Source: Eledone cirrhosa (lineage: Eukaryota). Taken from it: DNA of 64,000 nt. The stretch lies in NCBI GenBank assembly GCA_964016885.1, contig OZ024740.1, forward strand, positions 203,174,001-203,238,000. The letters run 5' to 3'. Position 1 is the stretch's first letter; every line of letters begins with the position of its first letter. The notes under the pieces were generated by a model that saw nothing but the letters and a program-made list of their open reading frames with translations, did no database searches and was not told the DNA's origin. Both the position numbers and the translations under genes were made by a program. This document shows, piece after piece, positions 1 to 12,717 of this stretch.

Positions 1-127
1 CGACATATTAAAGAAGCACCCATATATCCTGTTATTTCAATCAAATTAATATTTAACACTTCGTTACTGCACCAACCACAGGATTCAACATCAATAATGG
101 ATGAGTTGAGATATATATATATATATA

Positions 128-370
128 GTATTAAGGGTACTATTTATGGTTATGTATGTAATAAAACCTTTAATGGTAATATATTATATATACAAACCTT
201 AAATAGTGAAAGATAGTCATTAATTACTATCCTATTACCAGTAAGATAAATAGCTCAATGTAATAACATCAGTTGTTTTACAGAGCAGTTATATAGAGAT
301 TACAATAATCAAAGTTCAGTTTAAGTCATTTATTTGCTTACAATTGTTTCCTCCAAACCGAGGTTTCCTC
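128..370 (-). mobile_element. Truncated Penelope-type 3' terminal repeat with 3' half of a hammerhead motif
   Basis: Homologous to 11681-11920. The minus strand reads ...GGTTTGGAG-GAAAC-AATT-GTA-AGC; the element abuts (TA)n. Confidence 0.6.
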
Positions 371-821
371 TTGCTTTATCTTCATAGACTGCCAACGCTT
401 CATGCTTATCTTTATTTTCATTCTTGCTTTTATTTTTATTTTTATCCTGTAACCTTTATATGTAAATTGCCATGCTATATCATTTGATGAGTGTCACCCC
501 ACTGTTGATCGATATGCGCATATGTCTTATGTGTCTCTTGGGTTGAAAAGGAGGTCAAGTATATATATATATATATATGGGGGGGCGTGTGTGTGTGTGT
601 GTGTATGTGTGTGAGTGCGTGTGTGCGTGTGTGTGTGTGTGTATGTATATGGTCCCGTAACTGCTGATAGCATCGTAGGGGCGCCGTATTGACATATGGC
701 GTTTCTTGGGCATGTTTAAGCCTGGCGGAGCCCATCCCTCTCCAGACCTGATTACAGCAGATTTCTTCCAGAGGAAGATAGAAAGTGAGAGAGAGGAAAA
801 TGAAAAAGAGATATAGAGGAA

Positions 822-977
822 GAATTGACTCCAGTATTAGGCTGGTACTTTTTTTATTGACCTCGAAAGAATGAAAGGCAAAGTTGACCTCAGCGGGATT
901 TGAATTCCGAGAGCAGAGAGCCAGAACGAATGCCATAGAGTATTCTATCCGAGTTCTAACGGCTCAACCAATTCGCC
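822..977 (-). mobile_element. tRNA-derived SINE
   Basis: Minus strand GGCGAATTGG...GAATTCAAATCCCGCTGAGGTCAACTTTGCCTTTCAT with a B-box-like motif. Similar copies at ~6455-6570 and ~61915-62070. Confidence 0.7.
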
Positions 978-1002
978 TTATATATATATATGTGTATATA
1001 TA

Positions 1003-1033
<31 letters not shown>

Positions 1034-1050
1034 GTGTGTATATATATATA

Positions 1051-1682
1051 TGGTTGCTAGACACTGTACGGCTTAATTCGGGATGTTTGTTTACAAACAC
1101 ACCGAGCATTGTAATAGATGTTCGGTGAATCCATACGTACATATATATATATGTGTGCATGTATGTATATATATATACATACTACTGTACGTCTGTATAC
1201 ATATATGTATGTACGTGTACATACTTATATTTAAGTAACAGCCGTACTAAGAGTTGGAAATGAAATTTCGTTTCATTTTTTCCGTTTATCGTTTTCGGTA
1301 CCCCGGCCGATTAACTCACTCGATATGCAAATTAGGCTGCTCAGCCGTTAATATATACTTTCAGACGTTCAACCATAATATATACTTTCAGAAGTATATA
1401 CTTTCAGACGTTCAACCATCTGGCAGGAAGGTATACGTTGCTGACGATAGCTAATAAGCTTGAAACTAGTACAGCGTTCCTTTGTCAGTGTTGAACAAAC
1501 GAGCAACGATGGTTGCTAGACACTGTACGGCTTAATTCGGGATGTTTGTTTACAAACACACCGAGCATTATAATAAATGTTCGGTGAATCCATACGTACA
1601 TATATATATGTGTGCATGTATGTATATATATATATACATACTACTGTACGTCTGTATACATATATGTATGTACGTGTACATA

Positions 1683-1690
<8 letters not shown>
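1051..1690 (+). mobile_element. Non-coding hammerhead-bearing repeat (family A), partial tandem with ~459-bp period
   Basis: TGGTTGCTAGACACTG... recurs at 1051 and 1510, with a hammerhead between. Other copies at 5335-5735 and 10090-10500; all are bounded by (TA)n. Confidence 0.75.
1435..1477 (+). ncRNA. Type I minimal hammerhead ribozyme
   Basis: ACGTTG-CTGACGA-t-AGCT-aata-AGCT-t-GAAAC-TA-GTA-CAGCGT: full core, stems I and II, palindromic stem III ACTAGT. Confidence 0.85.
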
Positions 1691-1780
<90 letters not shown>

Positions 1781-1799
1781 CACAGCCACACACACGCAC

Positions 1800-1924
<125 letters not shown>

Positions 1925-2049
1925 CGTGTGCGTGTGTGTGTGTGTGCGTGCGTGTGCGTGTGCGTGTGTGTGCCTATATAATGATGAGGGCTTTATTAGA
2001 TCCGGAAATCGATTAATATTTGACAAAATTTAACTTCATTTAATGTAAC

Positions 2050-3640
2050 ACTTATAAAAACAATGTTATTCTGTTAGATTTCCTCCTGGAAAATTGGAGT
2101 ATCCACAATTTCTCTATTCTTGTTGGTGTAATTATCCAAGATGCTGAAGTCATGTGTGAATTTGTGATTAGATATGTCTTGCTAATACTCAGACCATCTT
2201 TTGATGACACCAGTCTCGCCTGTGAGGAGCAAGTCTGTTGTGTACACAATGATAGAAATGATATGTTGCTTTGCTTTTGTTAACATTTTGAGGGTTCCGT
2301 AAGGAGACTTGCTGCTGCCCTTTTTTATTCTAGCTTCCATGCCTGTTATCCAATTCTTTTTGGCTTCCCTCATTTTCTTCCTAACGTTCCTATTCACAGT
2401 GTTGTATCGCCATCTCACCCGTTAACTTGGTCTTCCCCGGGGATCAGTCTGAAATCACAGACGTCCAAGATATTATCAGTAACCCATGGTTTCTTTTTAC
2501 TTTTTCCGCTAACCAGCTCTTCTAGAATTGTTACTTGAAGTGCTTCCTTTGTGTTGTCAACCAGTGAGTTTATATCTTTTTCTAGAAGGCGGTTAAGGGC
2601 TGCAAACTTGCCACCAATGTCAGCCACAAACATTGCTGCAACTTACAACATTAGGATTTTTTAGTTTGTTTACGTGAAAACTAATACGTGTAGCTCCTTT
2701 CATATATATCCTTTTCAGCTTAAGCTTCAGTGCCATCAAAACCAAATCATAGTCACTGTTGAGGTCAGCATCAGAGAAGGTCCTAATACTGGCCCTCTTA
2801 ATACTGGACTTGAACGTTTGAGGTGCGAGAATGAAATAAATTTGATTTTTAGTCCTACCACTGGGTGTTTGCCATATTGTTTCCGCGAGGTCTTATGTGG
2901 AAACAGTGTCTTGGCTAGAGTCAACTTGTGTGTCCTAGCAAATTCTAGGAGTAAGAGTCCACGATCGTTGGTTTTTCTAATCCCAAATCGTTCCACTGTC
3001 CCAGATCATTGGTCATATACACCCAAACCCACTTTAGCATTCCAGTCTCATAAGACGATGAGGGCATCTATTTTAGAAGCTGTCCTGATGATTTTCTCCA
3101 GATCCCCATAGAACTTTTCGATAACATAATCGTTATATTCAAGAGTTGGCACAGAGACCAGTATGATGGCAATATTCTATGGTCTTGCAGCAACACGCAT
3201 GGTGATGAGTCTGATAGATACTGGTGTACAGCTGGAGATTGACCTCCCTCTAGTCTTGTTAATGATGAAGTCCCCCTACCCATGTTCGTGCTTGGTATCA
3301 TCAAAGTTGTACCACAGTTTGTGGCCTTCATCTGTAGTTGTCTCACTAAATCCAATCCAGATGAATTCAGTCAGGTCTAGGATATTCCATGTGTATATGG
3401 CAAGTTCGTGTGTAAGTTCTTTAGTCCTTCCACAAACATATAGGGTGCCAAAGACAGTATTTTCTTTAGAAAGGTGGATAGTAGTTGACATTGGTGTCAC
3501 TGTCGTGGTTGTTGTTGCCTCAGCTTCACATTAATTGCCTCCACCATGGGAAATAGCATTGGAAAACGCGGTCGTTCGTTTTCTGGGCCTGGACCAATCT
3601 GGCATTTTACTGTTTGTCCATCATAGCATTTCAGTGGACC
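2050..3640 (-). pseudogene. RTE-clade LINE 5' part (APE endonuclease), degenerate
   Basis: Fragments 'ELTHELAIYTWNILDLTEFIWIG', 'GIRKTNDRGLLLLEFARTHKLTLAKTLFPHK' and 'KKKPWVTDNIL'; many frameshifts. Confidence 0.8.
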
Positions 3641-3648
3641 TTAGAAAT

Positions 3649-4405
<757 letters not shown>

Positions 4406-4663
4406 GTAAAAAGAAATTCAAACAGTCATATATGAAAAAACAACCTGAGCCCCCCCCCCCCTCCCCCCCCTGTTTGAAGAACTTTGTAACGCGAACTGGC
4501 GCGAAATCGAACTGGCGCGAAATTTATTATACTTATTGACCAACCAATCAAATTACTTCTCTAAAAACCTGGCGTTTCGAGCCACTTTTTTCCATATAAA
4601 ACAAGTAACATTCAAAGACCAACCAGATGTGAGAAAAACCACAGACCCTCCATCTCAACTCTA

Positions 4664-4840
4664 CTTTTGAAAAGCAGAAGAAGTGCGAAACCGGTAAAGG
4701 AACCAAATAAATATATATATATTTTTTTTTAAATAAGACTCCAGTTGCATTTTCGATTTCATCTTTTTTTCTTTATACTTTCACTCGTGTAGGACACCTC
4801 GGTTATTTTTCATTTTGTAAAAAAATCCTCACTTTCTAAT
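4664..4840 (+). mobile_element. Degenerate hammerhead motif plus Penelope-like tail
   Basis: CTT-TTGAAAA-GCA-gaagaag-TGC-GAAAC-CG-GTA-AAG (core mutated). The tail 4750-4840 has an inverted copy at 5845-5937. Confidence 0.5.
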
Positions 4841-5296
4841 ATATATATATATATATATTTCGTTTCTGAATTTGTTTAGCAAGATTCTTTATCTGAAAAC
4901 GTGTGTTGAAACCGATATTGTTATACTTTGGGAGGGTCATATTGCCAATAAGAAACACACGCACCAGTTGCTTTCACTTCAATTTATTATAATAAATTTA
5001 TAAATTTAGGAATTTATAAATTTCCGGTTGGTTGGTTGGTTCCACAACCAGATGGTTGTTTATATAAGTTCTTTCGTCACACATTCTGTGACCTCTTCAG
5101 TGACTGGGGATTCTTTTCTTTGTTTTTGTGCCTCTCCTTTGTTCTGTCCTACGCCATCTTGTTTCTGTGTGTGTGTTGTGTGCTCAGTCTGCGCATATAT
5201 ATACTTAGGGTAAACATTGATGCAATTCATTTCAAGCACTCAACGTACTTTTTCCACATAGGAGTGACGGAGTAAATATCGAATTCGCTTTTACTT

Positions 5297-5335
<39 letters not shown>

Positions 5336-5603
5336 GGAATAGAATGAAACGAAATTTCATTTCTCACTCTTAGTACGGCACTTACTTAAATGTAAGTATG
5401 TATGTATACGTACATACATATATGTATACAGACGTACAGTAGTATGTATATATATATACATACATGCACACATATATATATGCACGTATCGGTTTACCGA
5501 ACATTTATTATAATGCTCGGTTTGTTTGTTTGTAAACAGCCCGAATTACGCCGTACAGTGTTTAGGCAACCACGTCACCTTTTTGTTCAACACTGACACA
5601 GGA

Positions 5604-5646
5604 ACGATGTACTAGTTTCAAGCTTATTAGCTATCGTCAGCATCGT
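5604..5646 (-). ncRNA. Type I hammerhead ribozyme (family A copy)
   Basis: Minus strand ACGATG-CTGACGA-TAGCTAATAAGCTT-GAAACTAGTA-CATCGT; stem I fully Watson-Crick. Confidence 0.85.
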
Positions 5647-5732
5647 ATATATATATATGTGTGTATATATATACATACTACTGTACGTCTGTATACATAT
5701 ATGTATGTACGTATACATACATACGTACTTAC

Positions 5733-5852
<120 letters not shown>

Positions 5853-6003
5853 GTGAGGTTTTTTTTTTACAAAATAAAAAATAACCGAGGTGTCCTACAC
5901 GAGTGAAAGTATAAAGAAAAAAAGATGAAATTGAAATATATATATATATATAGCCATTATAAAGTTCCATTGCAATATTGAATTTATATTCATATTTATA
6001 TAC

Positions 6004-6077
<74 letters not shown>

Positions 6078-6079
<2 letters not shown>

Positions 6080-6354
6080 CTATACTTGGGGAGGGTCATA
6101 TTTGTGTAATATTGCCAGAATTAATAACAGAACACACTCACTGTTTGGTTGGTTTTCGCTTTTCGCTTCTGTGTCTTTTATATCGGTAATCTAATTTATT
6201 CGGTCCTCAATGTTGCCATTGACTGACCAACGGTCAAAAATAATACAGATACAATATAGACACAAACACATATATATAGTTTATCAAAGTTCTTTCGTTG
6301 CACATCTGCAACATCGTCAATATTACACAAATATGACCCTCCCCAAGTATAACA
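6078..6354. mobile_element. MITE-like element with ~38-bp inverted ends (TG[C/T]TATACTTGGGGAGGGTCATATT)
   Basis: The ends are reverse complements, with ATAT on both flanks. Related ends or bodies at 4919, 13308-13593, 30710 and 32140-32475. Confidence 0.6.
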
Positions 6355-6454
6355 ATATTTGTTTCGACACACGATTTCATATAAAAAACCTCGCAAAACT
6401 AATTCATCGCCGTTTGGGCGCCATGCTTTGACGCATAGAGTTACGGCCCTTTCC

Positions 6455-6570
6455 ATTCTGAGTTCAAATCCCGCCGAGGTTAACTTTGCCTTTCATCCTT
6501 ACGGGGTCGATAAACAAAAGTACCAGTAATACACTGGGTATTGCTGGTCTTGTGCCAAAAGTAGAAACAG
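6455..6570 (+). mobile_element. SINE 3' part (same family as 822-977)
   Basis: CTGAGTTCAAATCCCGCCGAGGTTAACTTTGCCTTTCATCC...AAAAGTACCAGT. Confidence 0.65.
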
Positions 6571-6612
<42 letters not shown>

Positions 6613-6719
6613 GTGTGTGTGTGTGCATGGGTGTATGTGTGTGTATATGTGTGTATGTATATATGTGTGTGTGTGTGTGTATGAGAAAATCGCGACTAAA
6701 TTCTATTAGCAATTATTCA

Positions 6720-6910
6720 CATTGTAGTTGTCATTGTCGTCATTATCGTCACTGTTGTTGTCGTTGTCATTGTCGTTGTTGTTGTTGTTGTCGTTGTTGT
6801 CGTTGTCATTGTTGTTGTTGTCGTTGTTGTCGTTGTCGTTGTTGTTGTTGTCGTTGTCGTTGTTGTTGTCGTTGTTGTGATCGTCGTTCTTGTGGCTGCT
6901 GATGTTGATA
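6720..6910. repeat. (TTG/TCG)n microsatellite
   Basis: Degenerate trinucleotide tract. Confidence 0.9.
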
Positions 6911-7134
6911 TAAGATTACAACAGAGCTTTTGAAAAGCTCACTGTATTGTGCATGTAACAATAATATGATATTATGTCACTATGGCTATTGTTTCCTAAC
7001 AAACCAGAAAACTCACATGATGAAATAAGCACTATACGAACAAATGTAACACCAAATCCCTATTATACAGACGCGCGCGCGCGCCCACACACACACACAC
7101 GCGCGCACAGACACACACACATATATATACATAC

Positions 7135-7218
<84 letters not shown>

Positions 7219-7219
7219 T

Positions 7220-7268
<49 letters not shown>

Positions 7269-7361
7269 TAAAATAACAGATTAAAGTTTAAGCAAAGAAT
7301 CGCTGCTTTCACCCTTAACGAGCCCTCTTTGGATTTTAGTCTTCAAATTTATTATTATTAC

Positions 7362-7508
<147 letters not shown>

Positions 7509-7564
7509 CTATACAGTGTTGTTCAGTTCTTTGAAGACATTTGTAAGAATTTAGTAAAAGACGC

Positions 7565-7960
7565 ATATATCATAAAAGAAGAGCTTTATTTGAAACAAAA
7601 TTGGCACGAATAATATTGAGACTCTTCTTGACGCATCTACTCAATGAATCCGCCGTTAGCATAGATGGCTGATTCAATTCGTGGTCTGAAACCTTGACAT
7701 GCGCAATAATTTTCTCTAGTTTTCGTACATATTTCGGTCTTCTGCTGATATTAGGGCCCTTAGCAGGTGATTTACATTTGGCTACTGCTGTAGAATCCCT
7801 GTCAGCGGCTTCCAGCTCTTTGCAAACTTTGACAACAAATGACCGTGCAATTTTCAGGAAGTAAGCGATCCCCAAATCATTATGTTCTGCCTTTAAGGTA
7901 ACGATTACTGCGTGCCTTTTTCATTTTCTGTGTTAGTTTGATGTCTACCTACCATCATTT
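7565..7960 (-). pseudogene. IS630/Tc1/mariner-like transposase N-terminal (HTH) fragment
   Basis: Minus translation MKRHAVIVTLKAEHNDLGIAYFLKIARSFVVKVCKELEA..., an HTH-like start; no catalytic domain present. Confidence 0.5.
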
Positions 7961-8035
7961 CTCTGATAAGAAATGATAATCAGAACAAGTTTGAAAAATG
8001 TTAGAGTTGTTAAAAGACTTCTTATCAAAGAAGTG

Positions 8036-8215
8036 TATACTCAAGAAGTTTTGAGACTTTTATCAGAGAGACATTTATTTAACTCAGATCAACACAAAAC
8101 TCTAGTCACCCTCAAAGTAGGATCCTCCAACTTCAACGCACTTGTTGCAGTACTTGAGCTAGTCCTGGAGGGTTCCCCTGTAGTCCTCCAAAGTGAAGGT
8201 GTCAAGGGCGCTTGT
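8036..8215 (-). mobile_element. Mariner 3' end fragment with probable TIR
   Basis: Minus frame ends YCNKCVEVGGSYFEGD*, resembling the mariner C-terminus. Terminus TACTCAAGAAGTTTTGAGACT. Confidence 0.55.
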
Positions 8216-8419
8216 TGAATATTTAATTTTTCTTCACTGAGGGATATTGTATCTGTATGTTTTATACAATTATTGAGACGTTTAAGTATTAGAGACAATT
8301 GATTAATATATATTGATTAATATATATATATATATATTGATTAATATATATATATATTCTCTTTTACTTTTACCTGTTTCAGCCATCCGGCTGAGGCCAT
8401 GCTGGGGCACCACCAACAC

Positions 8420-8504
<85 letters not shown>

Positions 8505-8512
<8 letters not shown>

Positions 8513-8883
8513 ACAGGAGGCTGGACTGGTGTAAATCCTTGAAAGATTTTTTATACTATGATCATTTCAATTACCGGGTTCCGTATGAATCCGGTGATAT
8601 CATCAGGTATTCGAAATATAACAAAGGAACATAACAGATAAAATCCATGGTTCCGAAAATCAAAGACAAAGAGGACGACTGACCAACTAGCTGCTTTCAC
8701 CTCGGTCAGTCGCCCTCAAGTTCTTGATTTTCGGACCCATGGATTTTATCTGTTATGTTCCTTTGTTATATTTCGAATACCTGATGATATCACCCGATTC
8801 GTACGGAACCCGGTCATTGAAATGATCATAGTATAATAAACCTTTCACGGATTTACACCAGTCAGAGCCTCCTGTTATTTTAT
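8505..8883. repeat. Fold-back inverted repeat, ~180-bp arms, hammerhead-like motif in each arm
   Basis: 8505-8684 pairs with 8704-8883 with a few mismatches. The right arm has CTGATGA...CGGAACCCGGTC; (TA)n on the left. Confidence 0.85.
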
Positions 8884-9027
8884 TTATAATTAACTCCGTA
8901 TTCGCACCACCAACTACACAAATGAAGACGGGTGAGCTGCATTACGTTGAGTACTCTCCATAATATTACATCAAGATTGACCATACGGAATGACCAATTC
9001 TATCCAGTGGTGAACCAACAAACCTAA

Positions 9028-9097
<70 letters not shown>

Positions 9098-9116
9098 TTT
9101 AAGTATATGTTGGTTG

Positions 9117-9604
9117 TGTAGAAGATCACGCCACTTTGGAGGCAGTCGATTGCCTAGCTTTGACTTTGGAGGCAGTCGATTGACTGCCCTTAGTTCTGAC
9201 GTCACGTTCTGACGTCAGTAGCTGAATACACTCTTTTTCAACTTTGTGTGTTGATGCGAGCAGATGCGTTTCACTGTGGCGAAACAGCGATATCACACCA
9301 TGCGGTCACGGGATATTTGAACACCGCCACGAAATGATAATTACGAATTACCAATCAAGGAGCAACTGATATGATAACCTGTTTTGTTTATTGCTCTGAT
9401 TAAAATGCTCATGTACATATAATCTCGAGGTATGTTCTTTTTGCTTAATTGTTTACCTACACCTAACAACAAATAGAAGAGATTTTCTAGCAGCCAAGCT
9501 AGGGAAACGAACCCCCCCCCCCCTAAATCGATTTAGAGGGGAGTTCGTTTCCCTAGTTCATCGACTACCTCCAAAGTCAAAGCTAGGTGGCGTGATCTTC
9601 TACA
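9117..9604. mobile_element. Non-autonomous DNA transposon with TGT...ACA termini and 4-bp TSD (Ginger-like)
   Basis: TGTAGAAGATCACGCCAC / GTGGCGTGATCTTCTACA inverted ends; GTTG at 9113-9116 and 9605-9608. Confidence 0.75.
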
Positions 9605-9744
9605 GTTGTTTACCGACACCTTAGTATGCAGATTGGAGCACTCGACGAAGTACGCAGGTTGGTTTGTTTACTCCGGAGTAATGTAAAATAAAATAAGTCA
9701 AATATGTAAAATTTGGTTTCGTTTATTATAAATTATAAATTTAC

Positions 9745-9779
9745 TGCTATATATATTTCGGTGACAGCTCTTCAGGCAT
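9745..9779 (-). ncRNA. Minimal hammerhead-like motif
   Basis: Minus strand TGC-CTGAAGA-gctgtcacc-GAAA-TATATATA-GCA. Confidence 0.5.
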
Positions 9780-9892
9780 GCCGAATTAGTGTGGAAAAGA
9801 CAGGTACAAATGTTGTTGAAGTGTGTTTCACTCTGTCAATACATCGATATGTCCAGCTCCTATGTGTGTTGTTAGTCCTCCGAAGAACTGGA

Positions 9893-9978
<86 letters not shown>

Positions 9979-10049
9979 TACATATATATATATAAACTAT
10001 TATATTTATTCATATATGTATATATAAATATATATATATATATACATGC

Positions 10050-10092
<43 letters not shown>

Positions 10093-10347
10093 TATGTACA
10101 CGCACATACATATATGTATACAGTCGTACAATAGTATGTATATATAAACATACATGCGCACATACATATATGTATACAGTCGTACAATAGTATGTATATA
10201 TAAACATACATGCGCACATATATCTATGTACGTATGGATTCACCGAACATTTATTATAATGCTCGGTGTGTTTGTAAACAAACATCCCGTATTAAGCCGT
10301 AGTGTCCAACAACCATCGTTGCTCGTTTGTTCAACACTGACAAAGGA

Positions 10348-10390
10348 ACGCTGTACTAGTTTCAAGCTTATTAGCTATCGTCAGCAACGT
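10348..10390 (-). ncRNA. Type I hammerhead ribozyme (family A copy)
   Basis: Reverse complement of 1435-1477. Confidence 0.85.
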
Positions 10391-10494
10391 ATACCTTCCT
10401 GCCAGATTGTTGAACGTATATACCTACCTTATGCATATTAACGGCTGAGTAGCCCAATTTGCATATCGAGTGGGTTAATCGGCCGGGTGCACCG

Positions 10495-10573
<79 letters not shown>

Positions 10574-10577
<4 letters not shown>

Positions 10578-10662
10578 TATTGAAGTTTGCTTGAAGCATT
10601 GTGGAATAATAAGAAAATATATCTTATTATTCCACAATGCTTCAAGCAAACTTCAATACTCA
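10574..10662. repeat. Perfect hairpin (41-bp arms, 7-nt loop) between (TA)n tracts
   Basis: TGAGTATTGAAG...AATAAGA / TCTTATT...CTTCAATACTCA. The same sequence forms the tail of the 12715-13252 element. Confidence 0.9.
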
Positions 10663-10683
10663 CTTCTATATATATATATATAA

Positions 10684-10760
<77 letters not shown>

Positions 10761-10766
<6 letters not shown>

Positions 10767-10940
10767 ATAGAAGGAGATTCTACAGGACTAGTACTGTTTC
10801 ATTCAGCTTCCTGAAGATTTCATGTGAATGAAACAGTACTAGTCCTGTAGAAGCTCCTTCTATAAAATAAAAAAATTTATTCTGCCATGTATTGAGTACC
10901 TTACTTACTGTGGTTATCCCCGACTCAACCCGGGACCTAC
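10761..10940 (+). mobile_element. Mini fold-back element: inverted tail + hammerhead + tail
   Basis: Arms 10761-10805 / 10824-10869. AGCTTC-CTGAAGA-tTTCAtgTGAAt-GAAAC-AGTACTA-GTC...GAAGCT; (TA)n on both sides. Confidence 0.75.
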
Positions 10941-11009
<69 letters not shown>

Positions 11010-11010
<1 letters not shown>

Positions 11011-11615
11011 TGGCTGCCAACTCGTTTTCGAGTACCGCCACTACTTTATATCCATGTAGGAGAACCCCTACCGATGCGCTGAACGAGTGTGACATTTTAG
11101 TCCAGCCAGCCACTTGAAAACTCTGGTACAAACACTACACTTGTGACAATTATTGACACATAGTGCTGGGCCCATGGTACCATGTAACGACAAGTGCAGA
11201 GAGATCTCCAGATATAAAGCAATGCCTGTGCTGTGAAGCTTTTATAGTGAGCAAAGGCACTGCACAAAGCCAGTCCCACTCTCTTAACCAAGATGATATT
11301 TACCAAAAAGAAGAACAAGTCAACATCATTGGATACCATCAGGGTTTCAGGTGTTATATCAGAGTTTTCCTTCTCCTAGAATTCTGCCTTGACAAAGGCT
11401 AAGGGGTCATCTCTCCCGGTGATTTTGGATGGCCATTGACTCTAAGAGCTCCTTTGCCCTTTGACAGGTTTTTTTTTATTCCCGCTGGATGTCCAAAGTC
11501 ACCCTCCTCACCAAGAAACCTTGGTGGGGTTGCCAGTTTAGTCGCCAACGACCCGACCACGAGACAGGTTGTACTGGGATACATGTTACCAGTAGCACCA
11601 ACTGGTGACCTGACA
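11010..11615 (-). mobile_element. Probable RTE-related 5' UTR / non-autonomous element
   Basis: Shares CCTTCTCCTAGAA...GACAAAGGCTA with ~42045-42080. HDV-like motif at its minus-strand 5' end. Confidence 0.45.
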
Positions 11616-11841
11616 TAATATATATGTATATATATATATATATATATACATACATACATATATATATATATATGTATATAGTATTAGTTATACTATTTAT
11701 GGTTATGTAAACACAAAACCTTAAGCAGTTGTAAGTATTTTACACACACCCTAAATAGTGGTAGGCAGTAATGTATTACTACCTTATTACCAGTAAGTTA
11801 AGTAGCTCAATGTAAAAACATCAGATGATTTACAGAGCAGT

Positions 11842-12638
11842 TATATGAAATATAAGAATCAAAGAACTGTTCAAAACATTATTGTGCTTACAGCTGTTTC
11901 CTCCAAACCGAGGTTTGGATTCTTCGGAGCAATTTATTAATGCATGGACAGTTATATGACCTCCTCTTCAGCCGAGAGACATACCAAATACATATTCAAA
12001 CATTGATACATATTCAAACATTGTGGGTCAACATTCATTACAGAATTTAGAGTGGCAGTACACACTTCGAGATTACATTTATATTACAATCAAAAATCAA
12101 AGATATAGGTTAAAGTACAACATGAAGATAAGTGGTTATATAGTGCAAATGTTATATGTGTGGCACGCATGTGCGTCTTGTTTATATAGTGTGGCAGAGA
12201 GATATGTGTGGTAGAGGCACTTAGGTAGGTAAATAAGAGTGTTAGGTTGGTAGGTCTAAGTGCCTCTACCACACATATCTCTCTGCCACACTATATAAAC
12301 AAGACGCACATGCGTGCCACACATATAACATTTGCACTATATAACCACTTATCTTCATGTTGTACTTTAACCTATATCTTTGATTTTTGATTGTAATATA
12401 AATGTAATCTCGAAGTGTGTACTGCCACTCTAAATTCTGTAATGAATGTTGACCCACAATGTTTGAATATGTATCAATGTTTGAATATGTATTTGGTATG
12501 TCTCTCGGCTGAAGAGGAGGTCATATAACTGTCCATGCATTAATAAATTGCTCCGAAGAATCCAAACCTCGGTTTGGAGGAAACAGCTGTAAGCACAATA
12601 ATGTTTTGAACAGTTCTTTGATTCTTATATTTCATATA
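11842..12638. repeat. Long near-perfect inverted repeat (383-bp arms, 31-nt loop) with a hammerhead in each arm
   Basis: 11842-12224 is the reverse complement of 12256-12638. Identical spurious ORFs at 12023-12214(+) and 12266-12457(-). Confidence 0.95.
12548..12595 (+). ncRNA. Type I hammerhead motif (U4C variant); mirror copy at 11885-11932 (-)
   Basis: TGCT-CCGAAGA-a-TCCAAACC-tc-GGTTTGGA-g-GAAAC-AGCT-GTA-AGCA. Confidence 0.75.
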
Positions 12639-12643
12639 TTTCA

Positions 12644-12714
<71 letters not shown>

Positions 12715-12717
<3 letters not shown>

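Noticed and set aside
12023-12457. Duplicated 63-aa ORF on opposite strands
   Set aside because: By-product of the inverted repeat; non-ATG start and no motif.
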